Of a stretch of DNA of 64,000 bases, positions 1 through 10,398 are shown piece by piece. Source of the DNA: a bacterium. GTDB lineage: Bacteria; DRYD01. The notes below the pieces were generated by a model. That model was not told the DNA's origin. It did not search any database and saw only the letters and a list, made by a program, of their open reading frames with translations. Both the position numbers and the translations under genes were made by a program. Positions within the stretch are counted from its first letter, which is position 1, and each line of letters begins with the position of its first letter. The stretch lies in NCBI GenBank assembly GCA_039630415.1, contig JBCNVB010000018.1, forward strand, positions 1 through 64,000, in the 5' to 3' direction.

Positions 1-1731
1 TTTGAAAAGTTAAATGAGGATCAGCTAAGAGCAGTAAAAGCAGATCAAGGTCCTACTTTAGTACTCGCAGGACCAGGAACAGGAAAAACTACAGTCATAA
101 CCTACAGAACGATTTACCTATTACAAAAACTAAAAATTAACCCCTGTAGATTAATAATCCTCACCTTTACTAATAAAGCTGCAGAAGAAATGCAAAAAAG
201 GATAAAAAAGTATACAAAGCTTAATCTACCCTACATAGGTACCTTCCACTCAGTAATAATCAAACTTCTAAAAGAAATTGCACCCGTAAAAACATCTCAA
301 TACTATATCGGAAACAAGATAAATATTCTAGATGAAGAAGATAAAATTGAAATCATCAAACATATTTTGTCAATTTATAAAACTAAAATTTCTCCCCTAA
401 TAATAGCTAACATAATATCAACCATCAAAAATCATAAACCAATTCAAATAAAAGAAGAAACTCAGAAAATCATAGAATATTACAATCATTTTATCAGAAA
501 ATCGAATCTTTTAGACTTTGACGATATACTTCTATGCATCAATAATATCTTTACTGAGAATAGAAAAATAAAAGAAAAAATTCGGTCTAAGTTTGATTTT
601 GTGATAGTAGATGAATACCAAGATATAAATGTAACACAGTTTGAGTTTCTGATACATTTAACCGAAGATAAAGGTAACATATTTGTAGTTGGTGATGACG
701 ATCAGAGTATATATGGCTTTAGAAATTCAGAAGTTAGAATTATGCTAGATTTCCCTAAATATTTCCCCCAAGCAAGAATAATAAACCTTACCTACAACTA
801 TAGATCAGCCCAAAAAATATTGAATACTTACACAAAACTAATCAAGTACAACTCGAAAAGATTTGATAAAAATCTAAAAGCAGTATCGAAACAAGAAGGA
901 TTAGTAAACATAAAGATATTTACAAGTGAAGAAGCTGAGTATAACTACGTATCCCAAAAAATTATGGAAATAAAGAAAAACTATCCATACAAACTCATAG
1001 CAATTCTAGTCAGAACAAATGAAATAGGTAAAGAATTTGAAAAAAATTTGATAAGCAAAGGTATAAACGTAAAATTTTTAGGAGGATATGACTTTTTTGA
1101 AAGAAAAGAAATTAAAGACATACTTGCCTTTCTTAGATTCATAAACAACCCAAAGGATAGTCTCAACTTTACCAGAATCCTGAAATCCTTTTTCAACATC
1201 AAAAATAAACAACTAAAAAAAATTCTACAAGAATTGGAAGAAAATGAGCCACTAACAGTTATAGAAAACTATGATTATACCATCTACCAACAAATACAAA
1301 ACTTAATACAATTTGCCTTACAAAACAATTTGCTAGATATTTTGCAAGAAGTGTCAAGTCTCTATAACAAATCTGACAATCAAATAATTAAGAGCTTCCT
1401 GAACTTTTGTGAAAAAGTATCAATAAATTACGATATCAAAGATTTGGATAGTTTTCTAAACTATATAACACTGATAAGAACAAGTAGAGAAAATAGAATA
1501 GAAGATAGTAACAAAGTATGGATAATGACTATGCATACTTCAAAAGGTTTGGAGTTCGATATTGTATTTATAGTTCGTGTGAAACAAGGAGTAATTCCAC
1601 ATCATAGAGTATCAGAAGAGGAAAAAGAAGAAGAAAGAAGATTGATGTATGTAGCAATGTCTAGAGCAAAAGAAGAACTATACATAACCTCAACCGTTCC
1701 ACCATCAGAATTCATCATAAATATATCCTAA
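1..1731 (+). CDS. UvrD/PcrA/Rep family ATP-dependent DNA helicase (5' end cut off by window edge)
   Basis: Frame 1 is open from base 1 (FEKLNEDQLRAV...VLAGPGTGKTT Walker A, LTFTNKAA). Also VDEYQD, VGDDDQSIYGFR, NYRS, MTMHTSKGLEF and EEERRLMYVAMSRAKEEL. Confidence 0.93.
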   Translation, partial: FEKLNEDQLRAVKADQGPTLVLAGPGTGKTTVITYRTIYLLQKLKINPCRLIILTFTNKAAEEMQKRIKKYTKLNLPYIGTFHSVIIKLLKEIAPVKTSQYYIGNKINILDEEDKIEIIKHILSIYKTKISPLIIANIISTIKNHKPIQIKEETQKIIEYYNHFIRKSNLLDFDDILLCINNIFTENRKIKEKIRSKFDFVIVDEYQDINVTQFEFLIHLTEDKGNIFVVGDDDQSIYGFRNSEVRIMLDFPKYFPQARIINLTYNYRSAQKILNTYTKLIKYNSKRFDKNLKAVSKQEGLVNIKIFTSEEAEYNYVSQKIMEIKKNYPYKLIAILVRTNEIGKEFEKNLISKGINVKFLGGYDFFERKEIKDILAFLRFINNPKDSLNFTRILKSFFNIKNKQLKKILQELEENEPLTVIENYDYTIYQQIQNLIQFALQNNLLDILQEVSSLYNKSDNQIIKSFLNFCEKVSINYDIKDLDSFLNYITLIRTSRENRIEDSNKVWIMTMHTSKGLEFDIVFIVRVKQGVIPHHRVSEEEKEEERRLMYVAMSRAKEELYITSTVPPSEFIINIS

Positions 1732-1779
1732 CTAATCCCTTGCAAAGGTATACCCTCACTTTTATAGAATACACTTAGT

Positions 1780-3006
1780 ATGATAAACTACATACTTTTT
1801 CTACTTTTCATAATTTTAACCTTTGCTCTTTCTTTCTATACGCTAAAGGCTGAAAAAGAAAAACTAGAAATAATTAAAAATTCAAAGAAAATCTTAGCTT
1901 TCATTGGTTCTTACTGGATTTTGTTTCTTGCTATAATACTTTACTCATTAATTACCGGTAAAATTAAAAACATACTTGGTATAGACTTTCTCGGAGGAAC
2001 ACTAACAGAAGTAGAACTATACAAAACAATATCTGATGATAAAATAATTCAGATCTACAGGAAATATGAAGTAGATCCAATAATACAAAATGTCATTCTA
2101 CAAGATCAAAGACCCGATAAAAGAACAATCGTAATAAAAACAAAGCCAATGGAAGAAGTTAAAAAGAATCAAATAAACAAGGAATTGGAAAAACTTGGAG
2201 GACAAATAAGAAGATCTGAAAATATAAGTTCTACAATAGGTAAAGAAACACTGATAAATGCCCTAATAGCTCTATTCATAGCTTTAGCAGCACAGGTAGT
2301 ATACATAGCAATAAGATTCGGCAATAACATTTTGTATGGTATTATAGCAGATATAGCTTTGGTACATGATGTAACAGTTATGTTAGGAGTTTACTTACTA
2401 CTGGGGATGATGGGATTTGCAGGATTCGAAATAAATAGTATATTTCTTGCTGCTGTTCTTACTGTTATCGGATACTCCGTAATGGATACTATAATCATAT
2501 TCGATAGAATCAGAGAAAACTTAAAAATAGAAATAAAACAAAATCAAAAAGTATCACTGGAAAAATTCGATCAAATACTAAATATATCAGTAATTCAAAC
2601 ATTGGTAAGATCAGTTTTTACAACGTTTACTTTGCTACTTACGCTGTGGGGTATAGTGTTTCTTGGTGGAGAAACATTAAGAAGTTTTGCAATCGCCTTA
2701 TCCGTAGGAACTTTTAGTGGGGCAGTATCATCTATACTTATAGCTGCACCATTGGTACATCTCTTCAAAGATAAAATCTTATCCAAAGATATAAGATTGA
2801 TAACTGAAGAAGATAAACCCAAACAAGTAGCAAACATAGCGGAAAATATAATGCAAATATTTGCACACCAACAAGCTGAAGAAGAAATATCTGAAAAAGA
2901 ACCATCTCAAAAACAAACTTCTGAAATATCAAAGTCTCAAAAAAGCATAAAGGACAAATATCTAAAAACCAGACTAGTAAAGAAAAGCAAGAAAGATAAG
3001 AACTAA
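1780..3006 (+). CDS. secF: Protein translocase subunit SecF
   Basis: LGIDFLGGT, ALVHDV, VIGYSVMDTIIIFDRIREN and QTLVRS motifs; several TM segments; long charged C-terminal tail. Confidence 0.92.
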   Translation: MINYILFLLFIILTFALSFYTLKAEKEKLEIIKNSKKILAFIGSYWILFLAIILYSLITGKIKNILGIDFLGGTLTEVELYKTISDDKIIQIYRKYEVDPIIQNVILQDQRPDKRTIVIKTKPMEEVKKNQINKELEKLGGQIRRSENISSTIGKETLINALIALFIALAAQVVYIAIRFGNNILYGIIADIALVHDVTVMLGVYLLLGMMGFAGFEINSIFLAAVLTVIGYSVMDTIIIFDRIRENLKIEIKQNQKVSLEKFDQILNISVIQTLVRSVFTTFTLLLTLWGIVFLGGETLRSFAIALSVGTFSGAVSSILIAAPLVHLFKDKILSKDIRLITEEDKPKQVANIAENIMQIFAHQQAEEEISEKEPSQKQTSEISKSQKSIKDKYLKTRLVKKSKKDKN

Positions 3007-4070
3007 ATCTTGAAAACTTTTATTACTCCTTCCTTTGGTACAAAACAAAAGTATTTACCGTCTTTGGAAATCTTAATATATCCTATATCACTGTCGGAAA
3101 TTACTTTTTTCAAAACATAATCTTCATCCTTCTTTCCAACAAAAACATCCATTCTAACAGGATTAACCTTTATATCCCCTAGAATGATCGAATATGAGTT
3201 TTTAGAAATGAAGTTGTATGAAGGATAAAAATCTATTTTTTGTTGTTTGTAGATTTTACTGCTGGTAAAGTCATACAAGCAAAAGTATACATCCTCTTTA
3301 ACCTTATATCCATAAAGCAACATATTCTCAGAAAAATCCAACCCACTAAAAACTTCTGCTTGGTGTATAACTTGTGGATTAAAGTTTTTGTCCACTATAC
3401 ATAGCTCCTGCACGTTTTTCCCTTTTCTTACAAAAGCTATTTGCTTATGGTTAAGGAATACGAAAGTAATTGGATCCAGCTTTTTTTCAAAAGCTGAAAC
3501 ATTAAAACCAGTGTTTATAAATCTTACTTTATGGTTATATAATTCTACCTTGACTACAAAATCATCGGTTGAATTTTGTTTTTTGTCCATATAGTAACCC
3601 ACTGTATAAATATCATTATTTTCATACCAAATTAGCCCAAAAAATCGAAAAGAATCTTTACCGTATTCAACTTTTGACAATTCTTTATAAGAGTTATTTT
3701 GAATATCTATTAATGCTAGTGTAGTTAAGTTATTACCCATGAAAAATACCCTCTTATTATTATCTTTATCAAAGAGTACTTGCTGGATATTATACATTGG
3801 TATGTCCATTTTTTGGACTGTATCATCTTGTAGATTTATAAAAAATACCCTGTAGTTTTTATTTTGCCTTTTAAGAGTTACATCCTTTATAGGAGCTACA
3901 GCCAATAAATAAGTAGATGTATTATCAAATCCAACAACATAGAATTTATTAGCATTTATAGTTTCATCTATCATATCTGCTATTTTAAACTCTTTTACTG
4001 GTTGAGCTTTTAAATTTGTAATTAGTAAGTAGAGTATAATTAAAAATACTTCTAAACTTTTCCTTTTCAT
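3003..4070 (-). CDS. Hypothetical exported protein, beta-rich (possible beta-propeller)
   Basis: GAAGGGGG RBS before ATG at 4070; MKRK plus hydrophobic signal peptide; repeated short beta-strand-like segments. Confidence 0.6.
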   Translation of the reverse strand: MKRKSLEVFLIILYLLITNLKAQPVKEFKIADMIDETINANKFYVVGFDNTSTYLLAVAPIKDVTLKRQNKNYRVFFINLQDDTVQKMDIPMYNIQQVLFDKDNNKRVFFMGNNLTTLALIDIQNNSYKELSKVEYGKDSFRFFGLIWYENNDIYTVGYYMDKKQNSTDDFVVKVELYNHKVRFINTGFNVSAFEKKLDPITFVFLNHKQIAFVRKGKNVQELCIVDKNFNPQVIHQAEVFSGLDFSENMLLYGYKVKEDVYFCLYDFTSSKIYKQQKIDFYPSYNFISKNSYSIILGDIKVNPVRMDVFVGKKDEDYVLKKVISDSDIGYIKISKDGKYFCFVPKEGVIKVFKI

Positions 4071-4113
4071 TTTTAGACCCCCTTCTTTGTAGAAATTCAA
4101 TAAAAAAGAATTA

Positions 4114-4150
4114 CCCCCTTCTGGTAATAAGAGTATTACCCAGAAGGGGG
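4114..4150 (-). terminator. Rho-independent terminator of the 4167-5192 gene
   Basis: Inverted repeat CCCCCTTCTGGTAATA / TATTACCCAGAAGGGGG with one bulge, followed on the minus strand by AATTCTTTTTT. Confidence 0.8.
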
Positions 4151-4166
4151 GTTTTCCTGCTTTTTC

Positions 4167-5192
4167 TTATTTAATGTTATTGAATTTTACGTTGAGAGCA
4201 TTTGGATACCAGTCCCACATTATATATGTTTTACCATTTCTTTCGTATGCTCCAACAAAGTTTTTATCATAAGTGGTGTATATTTTTGTTATTCCTAATT
4301 CTTTTACGCTCTTTATTTCTTCTCTTTCAGGTATTCCGTTGTCATTTATGTCTTGGAATACGTACAGATTATCCAATTCTTGTCCACTTATTACTTTGTC
4401 GTTGTTCAGATCAACTTCTTTCAATTTTTCAAATCCATTTTCATAACCTCTTTCTTGTCCAAACAGTTCTTTTCCACTAATGAATCCCCTTTGAACTATT
4501 TTTTGTGGATTGTCAGTTACGAGAAGTAGTCCATCTTTTGGTCCAAGTTTTTCAACTATTTCTATTACTTCATCACCATCTATATCCATAACCTGCCATA
4601 CTCTTTTTGTAACATCTTGTCGTGTAATTATGGGTTGAGAAATATGCATACCATTGAATGTGTCTATCTTTCTGTTCCCATCAAGATCAAGCACAATAGG
4701 TGATATATTATGACTTGCTGTTACTTTAACAATTATTTCACCACTTATATTCCCTCTAATGATTATCCCCACATCACCCTCACTTCTATCAGCATAGTAG
4801 TTACCCATTGCTTGCTTACTATAAACTACATATCCATAAACTGCTTCTCTTCCGGGGAAATATGTTCCGATTCTCTCAGGAGCAGTGTAGCTTATCGTAT
4901 ACATTGCGTCAGCAAATCCTAGTGCAGTAATCACTTCTGTATGAGAGTATGAACTATTCCATGCAAGATTTTTAGCAAATGCAATCATATCTGCTACAAA
5001 CTGATCAGTCCACGTATTCGTAACATTATTATGACCATAATATTCAACTATATACTTCATTTGTATTCTTACGTCCTTAGTGTATACCTTATTGAAAGTA
5101 GCATTTTCTTGTATTTCACCTTGTCTTATTCCGGCCCATACTGCTGAAATTATAACCATTGAAATAATCATCAGATATATAATTTTTCTCAT
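4167..5192 (-). CDS. Secreted Ca2+-binding protein with a C-terminal FrpC self-processing-module (SPM)-like domain
   Basis: RBS GGAGGTG; signal peptide ending ...SAVWA; C-terminal SPIVLDLDG...DGLL...GKELFG...NGFEKLKEVDLNNDKVI...FQDINDNGI...ELGI pattern. Confidence 0.7.
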   Translation of the reverse strand: MRKIIYLMIISMVIISAVWAGIRQGEIQENATFNKVYTKDVRIQMKYIVEYYGHNNVTNTWTDQFVADMIAFAKNLAWNSSYSHTEVITALGFADAMYTISYTAPERIGTYFPGREAVYGYVVYSKQAMGNYYADRSEGDVGIIIRGNISGEIIVKVTASHNISPIVLDLDGNRKIDTFNGMHISQPIITRQDVTKRVWQVMDIDGDEVIEIVEKLGPKDGLLLVTDNPQKIVQRGFISGKELFGQERGYENGFEKLKEVDLNNDKVISGQELDNLYVFQDINDNGIPEREEIKSVKELGITKIYTTYDKNFVGAYERNGKTYIMWDWYPNALNVKFNNIK

Positions 5193-5284
5193 TTTTATCA
5201 CCTCCCATTTTTATATATGAAAAAACCATCCTCGAAAATTGTTAAAAAAAAGTTACAAAAATTAGAAATTTATCCATGCTAGTC

Positions 5285-6343
5285 TTATTTTTTATAGTTT
5301 GTAATTACCTGAGCTTGACCATCTTTAATTATAACCATATCTTCTATTCTAATTCCTCCCAGATTCGGTATATATAGTCCTGGTTCAACAGTTATGACGT
5401 TATAATTTTTAAGATATCCGAATCCTCCTGAACTTAGAGAGGGTAATTCATGTATTTCTAATCCTACGCCGTGTCCTAGTCCATGAGTAAAGTATTGCTC
5501 CATTCCATACTTCGAAAAAATTTCCACCGTAGTCTTGTATGGTTGTTTTGGGTCTATGTTTGATCTTATTGACTCTATTGCCTTTAACTGCGCTTCCAAA
5601 ACTATATTGTATAACTTATCAAACTCCGGATTTCTACCTATACAAAAAGACCTTGTGATATCACTATGGTAAGATTTGTAAACAGCTCCCATATCAATTA
5701 TTACGAAATCATTTTCTCGGAGAGTACAATTTCTAGGTGAGTAGTGTGGGTAAGCAGTGTTTGGACCAAACGCTACTATGGGTTCAAAAGCTACTCCATC
5801 AGCACCCATCTCCACTACCCTATTCTTAATAAAATTTGCTAACTCAATTTCAGTTATCTTACCCACACCTTCATAAAGCTTAGATTCTACCTCCTCCATT
5901 ACTTTCTCAGCTATTCTTAAAGCTTTTGTTATATTTTCCAACTCTTCTTCGTCCTTTTCTGACCTTATGGTTTCCACTAAATAACTTACCCCATCTACTC
6001 TGAAAAACTCAGATAAAAAAAGAAAATCCGAAACCTTCAGATTGTTATACTCTACAGCTATTCTTTTTATTCCCAGATCGTTAAGGATTTGAGTTACTTT
6101 TTTGAGTATACTAGATTTATCAAGGGTATCAACTATTTCAATATCTTTATCAGTTTCTTCCTTGGCTCTTAAAACATACCTTCCATCCACAACTAGATAG
6201 TCCTTATTTTGGGTTATTATTAAAGCAGCAGTACTGCCGCTAAAACCCGATAAATACATAAAACTTGGTCTATGATTACTGAAAAAAGCTTCAGCATTGG
6301 ATAGATATAAGTACTCCTTTACTTTTAACCTTCTAGTTAACAT
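5285..6343 (-). CDS. Xaa-Pro aminopeptidase/dipeptidase (M24B)
   Basis: YLSGFSGS, DGRY, IDMGA..YHSDITR, HGLGHGVGLEIHE, TVEPGLY and GIRIED motifs. Confidence 0.93.
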   Translation of the reverse strand: MLTRRLKVKEYLYLSNAEAFFSNHRPSFMYLSGFSGSTAALIITQNKDYLVVDGRYVLRAKEETDKDIEIVDTLDKSSILKKVTQILNDLGIKRIAVEYNNLKVSDFLFLSEFFRVDGVSYLVETIRSEKDEEELENITKALRIAEKVMEEVESKLYEGVGKITEIELANFIKNRVVEMGADGVAFEPIVAFGPNTAYPHYSPRNCTLRENDFVIIDMGAVYKSYHSDITRSFCIGRNPEFDKLYNIVLEAQLKAIESIRSNIDPKQPYKTTVEIFSKYGMEQYFTHGLGHGVGLEIHELPSLSSGGFGYLKNYNVITVEPGLYIPNLGGIRIEDMVIIKDGQAQVITNYKK

Positions 6344-6371
6344 TATATCACCCCATTTAATCGTTGTTTAA

Positions 6372-7229
6372 TTAATTGTTGTTTAATAATCTCAAACTCT
6401 TTATCAAGTTGATTCCATTTCTACTGGCAATTAATCTATGTTCATAATTATTATATCCCCATAAGGACATGTATAAATTAACATTTGGTACATATGATTT
6501 TATCCTTAGCAGATTTTCTAACAAATCATCAACAAAATGTAGTTCATTCTCTTGAATATTCCATAAGTCAATAATCTCCTTTATTTTTTTTCCTTTGTGT
6601 ATAAATTCACTTTCCTTTGCAAAAATATATTTGGGATCAATAGACATGCCATAGTAACTAAGAGTTTCAATTATAGCATATTTTTGCTTAGTAGATAAAA
6701 TTCCAACATTGGAAAACTTACTATAAAAGTCTAAAAATATTCTAATTTCTTCCTTAAAAGGTGTACTCAAGGATATCCAAAACTCGAAATTAGAATCCTT
6801 TATATACTTCCTTGAATCGTAGAAGTACTTAATAAATTTTTGTAATTCTTCACTTTTTTGACCAATCAATTCCCCCTTAAAAGTATTGTAAAATTTAGTG
6901 TTTACTTTCTTATACGTAAGATTTGAAAGATTAAAAAAATTGGTATCAATCAAATAAGAAACTACAAAGAAATCATCAACATCAATACAGTATGTTCTCA
7001 GTTTTCGAATATAACTGTTTAATCTTCTGTTTTCTTTTTGAATTATTTTCAAAGCTTCAGAAGGTTTATAAGAACCAAGATTATCAATAATTTTAATTGT
7101 CTTTGTATTACTCAAATATTTAGATATGTTTGATTGTGGGAAAACATTTAGGTAAGTAGTTAGGATAATAACAGTTACTTCCCAAGAAGAATCGAAAAGT
7201 ACCCCGTCAAAATCCACCAATAGATTCAT
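6372..7229 (-). CDS. HAD-superfamily hydrolase
   Basis: DFDGVLFDS motif I, LSTK motif II, FVDD motif IV, WGY. Confidence 0.8.
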   Translation of the reverse strand: MNLLVDFDGVLFDSSWEVTVIILTTYLNVFPQSNISKYLSNTKTIKIIDNLGSYKPSEALKIIQKENRRLNSYIRKLRTYCIDVDDFFVVSYLIDTNFFNLSNLTYKKVNTKFYNTFKGELIGQKSEELQKFIKYFYDSRKYIKDSNFEFWISLSTPFKEEIRIFLDFYSKFSNVGILSTKQKYAIIETLSYYGMSIDPKYIFAKESEFIHKGKKIKEIIDLWNIQENELHFVDDLLENLLRIKSYVPNVNLYMSLWGYNNYEHRLIASRNGINLIKSLRLLNNN

Positions 7230-8188
7230 ATTTCAGTTAATCTAACTGAGTCAAAATTAATAATCTTATCTACTAATTCAATTTCTATTACCCTAGAACT
7301 ACAATACATAAAACTATCAACATAAAATTGATTATGCAAACTTGGTTTAGACACTAAAATAATATCCTTATAGTTAATCTCAATTAGACCTGTTAGTATG
7401 ACGTAGCCAGATACGCTATCTATAAAGTCAACTCTTATTAATACTCCATTAAGCGCTCTCTTTATTACTTGAAGATCAACTACATTTCTTGGAAACCTAA
7501 TTGCAAACTCCTTTTTTACCATCAAATTTTTATCAATAAAGCAAACTAGAATAGAATCGTAATTTAGTCTCTTAAATCTGTAGCTATCTCTGATATCTAT
7601 AAAACTCATATGAGTATTTTTTTCCATAATGCATATAAACAAAAATCCTTCAAAATTTTCATCAGAGTACTGAGATATGAAAAATGGGTAATCAGTATAA
7701 GACGTAGATATTTTAACACCCTTTAGAGTTTGATTATCAAAGAAAATTATAAGAGAATCCAAATTAAGCATATCCTGAATTAGTCCCTTAAAAACAAACA
7801 TCTTGGTACTGGATGTATAAAATTCTTGCCCCTCAAGTACAAAAATATTTGAATAAGTGTCTAAAATTTTGGTTTGTAAAATTCTTAAATCTTCATTAAA
7901 GTATACTAGACCTATACAGTATCTATTTAGATAGTTACTGATATTAAAAACCATAAACTTTTGATCACTAAGTTGATTAATAAAAATCCCCTCAGAATAA
8001 CCAAAATCATTAGTAGCAATAATTATCTTATTCCTAGAGAAAATATCTTTAGCTATAAAAGCTTTGTTATCTATCATACCGGTGTAAAAATTATCGAAAT
8101 TATGATTAACAACTATGTTTTGGTAATATCTTTTTACACAGAACGGTATAGAAAGAATTAGTAGAATAAAAACCAAAATTTTGATCAT
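7226..8188 (-). CDS. Hypothetical membrane-anchored/exported protein
   Basis: 320-aa ORF with an N-terminal hydrophobic helix; 4-nt overlaps with both neighbours. Confidence 0.55.
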   Translation of the reverse strand: MIKILVFILLILSIPFCVKRYYQNIVVNHNFDNFYTGMIDNKAFIAKDIFSRNKIIIATNDFGYSEGIFINQLSDQKFMVFNISNYLNRYCIGLVYFNEDLRILQTKILDTYSNIFVLEGQEFYTSSTKMFVFKGLIQDMLNLDSLIIFFDNQTLKGVKISTSYTDYPFFISQYSDENFEGFLFICIMEKNTHMSFIDIRDSYRFKRLNYDSILVCFIDKNLMVKKEFAIRFPRNVVDLQVIKRALNGVLIRVDFIDSVSGYVILTGLIEINYKDIILVSKPSLHNQFYVDSFMYCSSRVIEIELVDKIINFDSVRLTEI

Positions 8189-9282
8189 TTTTTACCCATT
8201 ACAACATTTAGCTCAATTTGTTTTCCTTTACGTATTATAACAACTTTAACATTATCTCCTGGTCTAGTTTGTAAGATTAAATCTATAAGTTCATTAGCAT
8301 TTTCTACTTTTTGACCGTTAAACATAAGTATAATATCATCCACCTTTATACCATATTTTTCAGCTGAGCTATTGGGAACAACTTCAACAACAATTACACC
8401 ATGGTCTATTCCAAGATAATTTTTAATGTATTGGGGTATATCAGCTACTCTTACACCAAGAAAAGGTTGCTCAGAAGAATTGATTGAAGTCCTTTTTCTA
8501 TTTTTTTCTATGAATTCTTTTACTACATTAGAGGGTATGGCAAAACCAACACCACTACTGGATCCCGAAGTAGAAGCTATAACAGTGTTTATCCCAACTA
8601 GCCTTCCATATATATCAATTAATGCCCCTCCAGAATTACCAGGATTCAAAGCTGCATCTGTTTGAATCAAATTAGAATACTCATATCCCTGATATACCTT
8701 TATTTTCCTATTTTTTGCGGAAACTATTCCCATAGTAACAGTCATCTCAAAACCAAAGGGATTACCAATAGCAAAAACAATATCCCCTGGCGTAACCTTG
8801 TCAGAATCAGTAAATGATATAGGCTTCAAACTTTCAGAAGGATTATTTATTCTTAACAAAGCTAAATCTAACTTATTACTAACGGCTAATATCGATATAT
8901 CTTCGTACGTTTTCTGGGTATAGGTTTTTACAGTTATCCTTGGAGCACCCATAGCAACATGAGCATTCGTTATTACTAAACCATCTGAACTAACTATAAC
9001 ACCACTACCTATTATCCTACTATCATAACTAAAATACTCCTCAAAAGGAGTGCCCCTAAAATATTCATAATACCTCCTAAGAGATTCATCAATAATCGAA
9101 GGACTAGACAATATACTTACTATTGAAGGTTTAGTCTCTTTAATAATATCTCTTATTTCTTCTTGCAAAGAATACAAATTCTGAATCTTTATCTTAGCAT
9201 TCGTAATTACAATACTCCAAAAAATTAATAACACTAACACCATATTAATAACAATGATATAAATCCACGCATGTTTCCTCAT
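8185..9282 (-). CDS. HtrA/DegP-family serine protease with one PDZ domain
   Basis: GSGVIV, TNAHV (His), DLALL (Asp), QTDAALNPGNSGG (Ser); C-terminal PDZ; N-terminal TM. Confidence 0.93.
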   Translation of the reverse strand: MRKHAWIYIIVINMVLVLLIFWSIVITNAKIKIQNLYSLQEEIRDIIKETKPSIVSILSSPSIIDESLRRYYEYFRGTPFEEYFSYDSRIIGSGVIVSSDGLVITNAHVAMGAPRITVKTYTQKTYEDISILAVSNKLDLALLRINNPSESLKPISFTDSDKVTPGDIVFAIGNPFGFEMTVTMGIVSAKNRKIKVYQGYEYSNLIQTDAALNPGNSGGALIDIYGRLVGINTVIASTSGSSSGVGFAIPSNVVKEFIEKNRKRTSINSSEQPFLGVRVADIPQYIKNYLGIDHGVIVVEVVPNSSAEKYGIKVDDIILMFNGQKVENANELIDLILQTRPGDNVKVVIIRKGKQIELNVVMGKK

Positions 9283-9318
9283 AAATACACCTCCATAACT
9301 TTATAAACTCCACATAAA

Positions 9319-10089
9319 TTAAAAAATCCATACAACACCCTGATATATTATATAAAACTCACAGGTTGAAAAACAAGGTAAATAATCATTTAGTAATAGT
9401 ACAAATCTGGATATTATATCATAATCAACTTTGAGAAGTTTTTTACCGATTATCAAACTGGGTGAAACATATGAATTAGAAAACTTAAATAAATCTGTTC
9501 TTTTAGCTATCTGAATAACTGACAATTTTTCAGGATTTTTTTTGATCGTTAATAGATCCTCTTTTTTGAAAACTTCTTCCATTGTTAACCCTATTAACAA
9601 AACAACCCCATGGATAAGAAAACTATCTAAGTAGGGCATATGTATATCAATTCCATTTTTAGCTGTGTTTTTGTTTATAAGTTTTATAATATTTTTTTTA
9701 GTCTCTAGATCTATAAAGTACACGTCTCTTAGTCTTAGAGGAATACTTTGTAAAGGAATTTGTACACCATATCTATCAAATTCTATGATTGGTTTTACCT
9801 TTACTTCTACGAAAAGGTATATATCAATCTCTGTTAGAGTAATACCACCATCTCTAGCTATAGCTGCTTTTATTTCATGCTCTCTGTCAGAAATAATTGT
9901 ATCATATACATCAACTATTTGCCCCAGAATATATCTATCTTGATTATTCGTGCATATAGCCAATAAATCACCTACTTTTAAGAAACTCGAGTGTTTTTCA
10001 AATTCACTATAGCTATATCTTATATAGGCATATCCATTTTTGAAAGAAGCTATTTTCCCAATATAAATTAAGTTCATAAAATCACTCAC
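9319..10089 (-). CDS. HAS-barrel domain protein (HerA-like N-terminus, degenerate ATPase region)
   Basis: IGKI...LKVGDLL...YILGQIVDV...IP....VY pattern typical of HAS barrels, then HGVVLLIG with no GxGKS/T. Confidence 0.5.
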   Translation of the reverse strand: MSDFMNLIYIGKIASFKNGYAYIRYSYSEFEKHSSFLKVGDLLAICTNNQDRYILGQIVDVYDTIISDREHEIKAAIARDGGITLTEIDIYLFVEVKVKPIIEFDRYGVQIPLQSIPLRLRDVYFIDLETKKNIIKLINKNTAKNGIDIHMPYLDSFLIHGVVLLIGLTMEEVFKKEDLLTIKKNPEKLSVIQIAKRTDLFKFSNSYVSPSLIIGKKLLKVDYDIISRFVLLLNDYLPCFSTCEFYIIYQGVVWIF

Positions 10090-10376
10090 TCAGTATAATA
10101 GTTAGTTGAAATTTCGATTATACTAATGTTTTTTACCTGTTGTATGAAATCCTGAATTTTATTTATGGTTTGGTCAAGAATCTTTTGATTATTAGAAACC
10201 ATAGCTATTCCTATAGTAGCTGTTTGAAGTTTATCATTACAATCAACTTCTGCTATCGATATTTTGAATTTATTGATTATTTTTTGTTTTATAGAATTTA
10301 CGATAGATCTTTTTTGTTTGAGGTTTTGTGGAGAGTCATTTAAGAAAAGCTTTATTTTTGCAACTAGAACAAACAT
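10086..10376 (-). CDS. DUF503/YlxP family protein
   Basis: MFV...LKQKRSIVNSIK...KFKISIAEVD..D....A.IGIAMVSN signature. Start set at ATG 10376 because the longer ORF runs through a tRNA. Confidence 0.85.
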   Translation of the reverse strand: MFVLVAKIKLFLNDSPQNLKQKRSIVNSIKQKIINKFKISIAEVDCNDKLQTATIGIAMVSNNQKILDQTINKIQDFIQQVKNISIIEISTNYYTE

Positions 10377-10398
10377 TATGATTATGTTTTGTTGTAAA

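Noticed and set aside
5238..5278. DnaA-box-like strings (TGTTAAAAA, TTATCCATG) upstream of the SPM-like gene
   Set aside because: One- or two-mismatch AT-rich 9-mers are expected by chance at this base composition.
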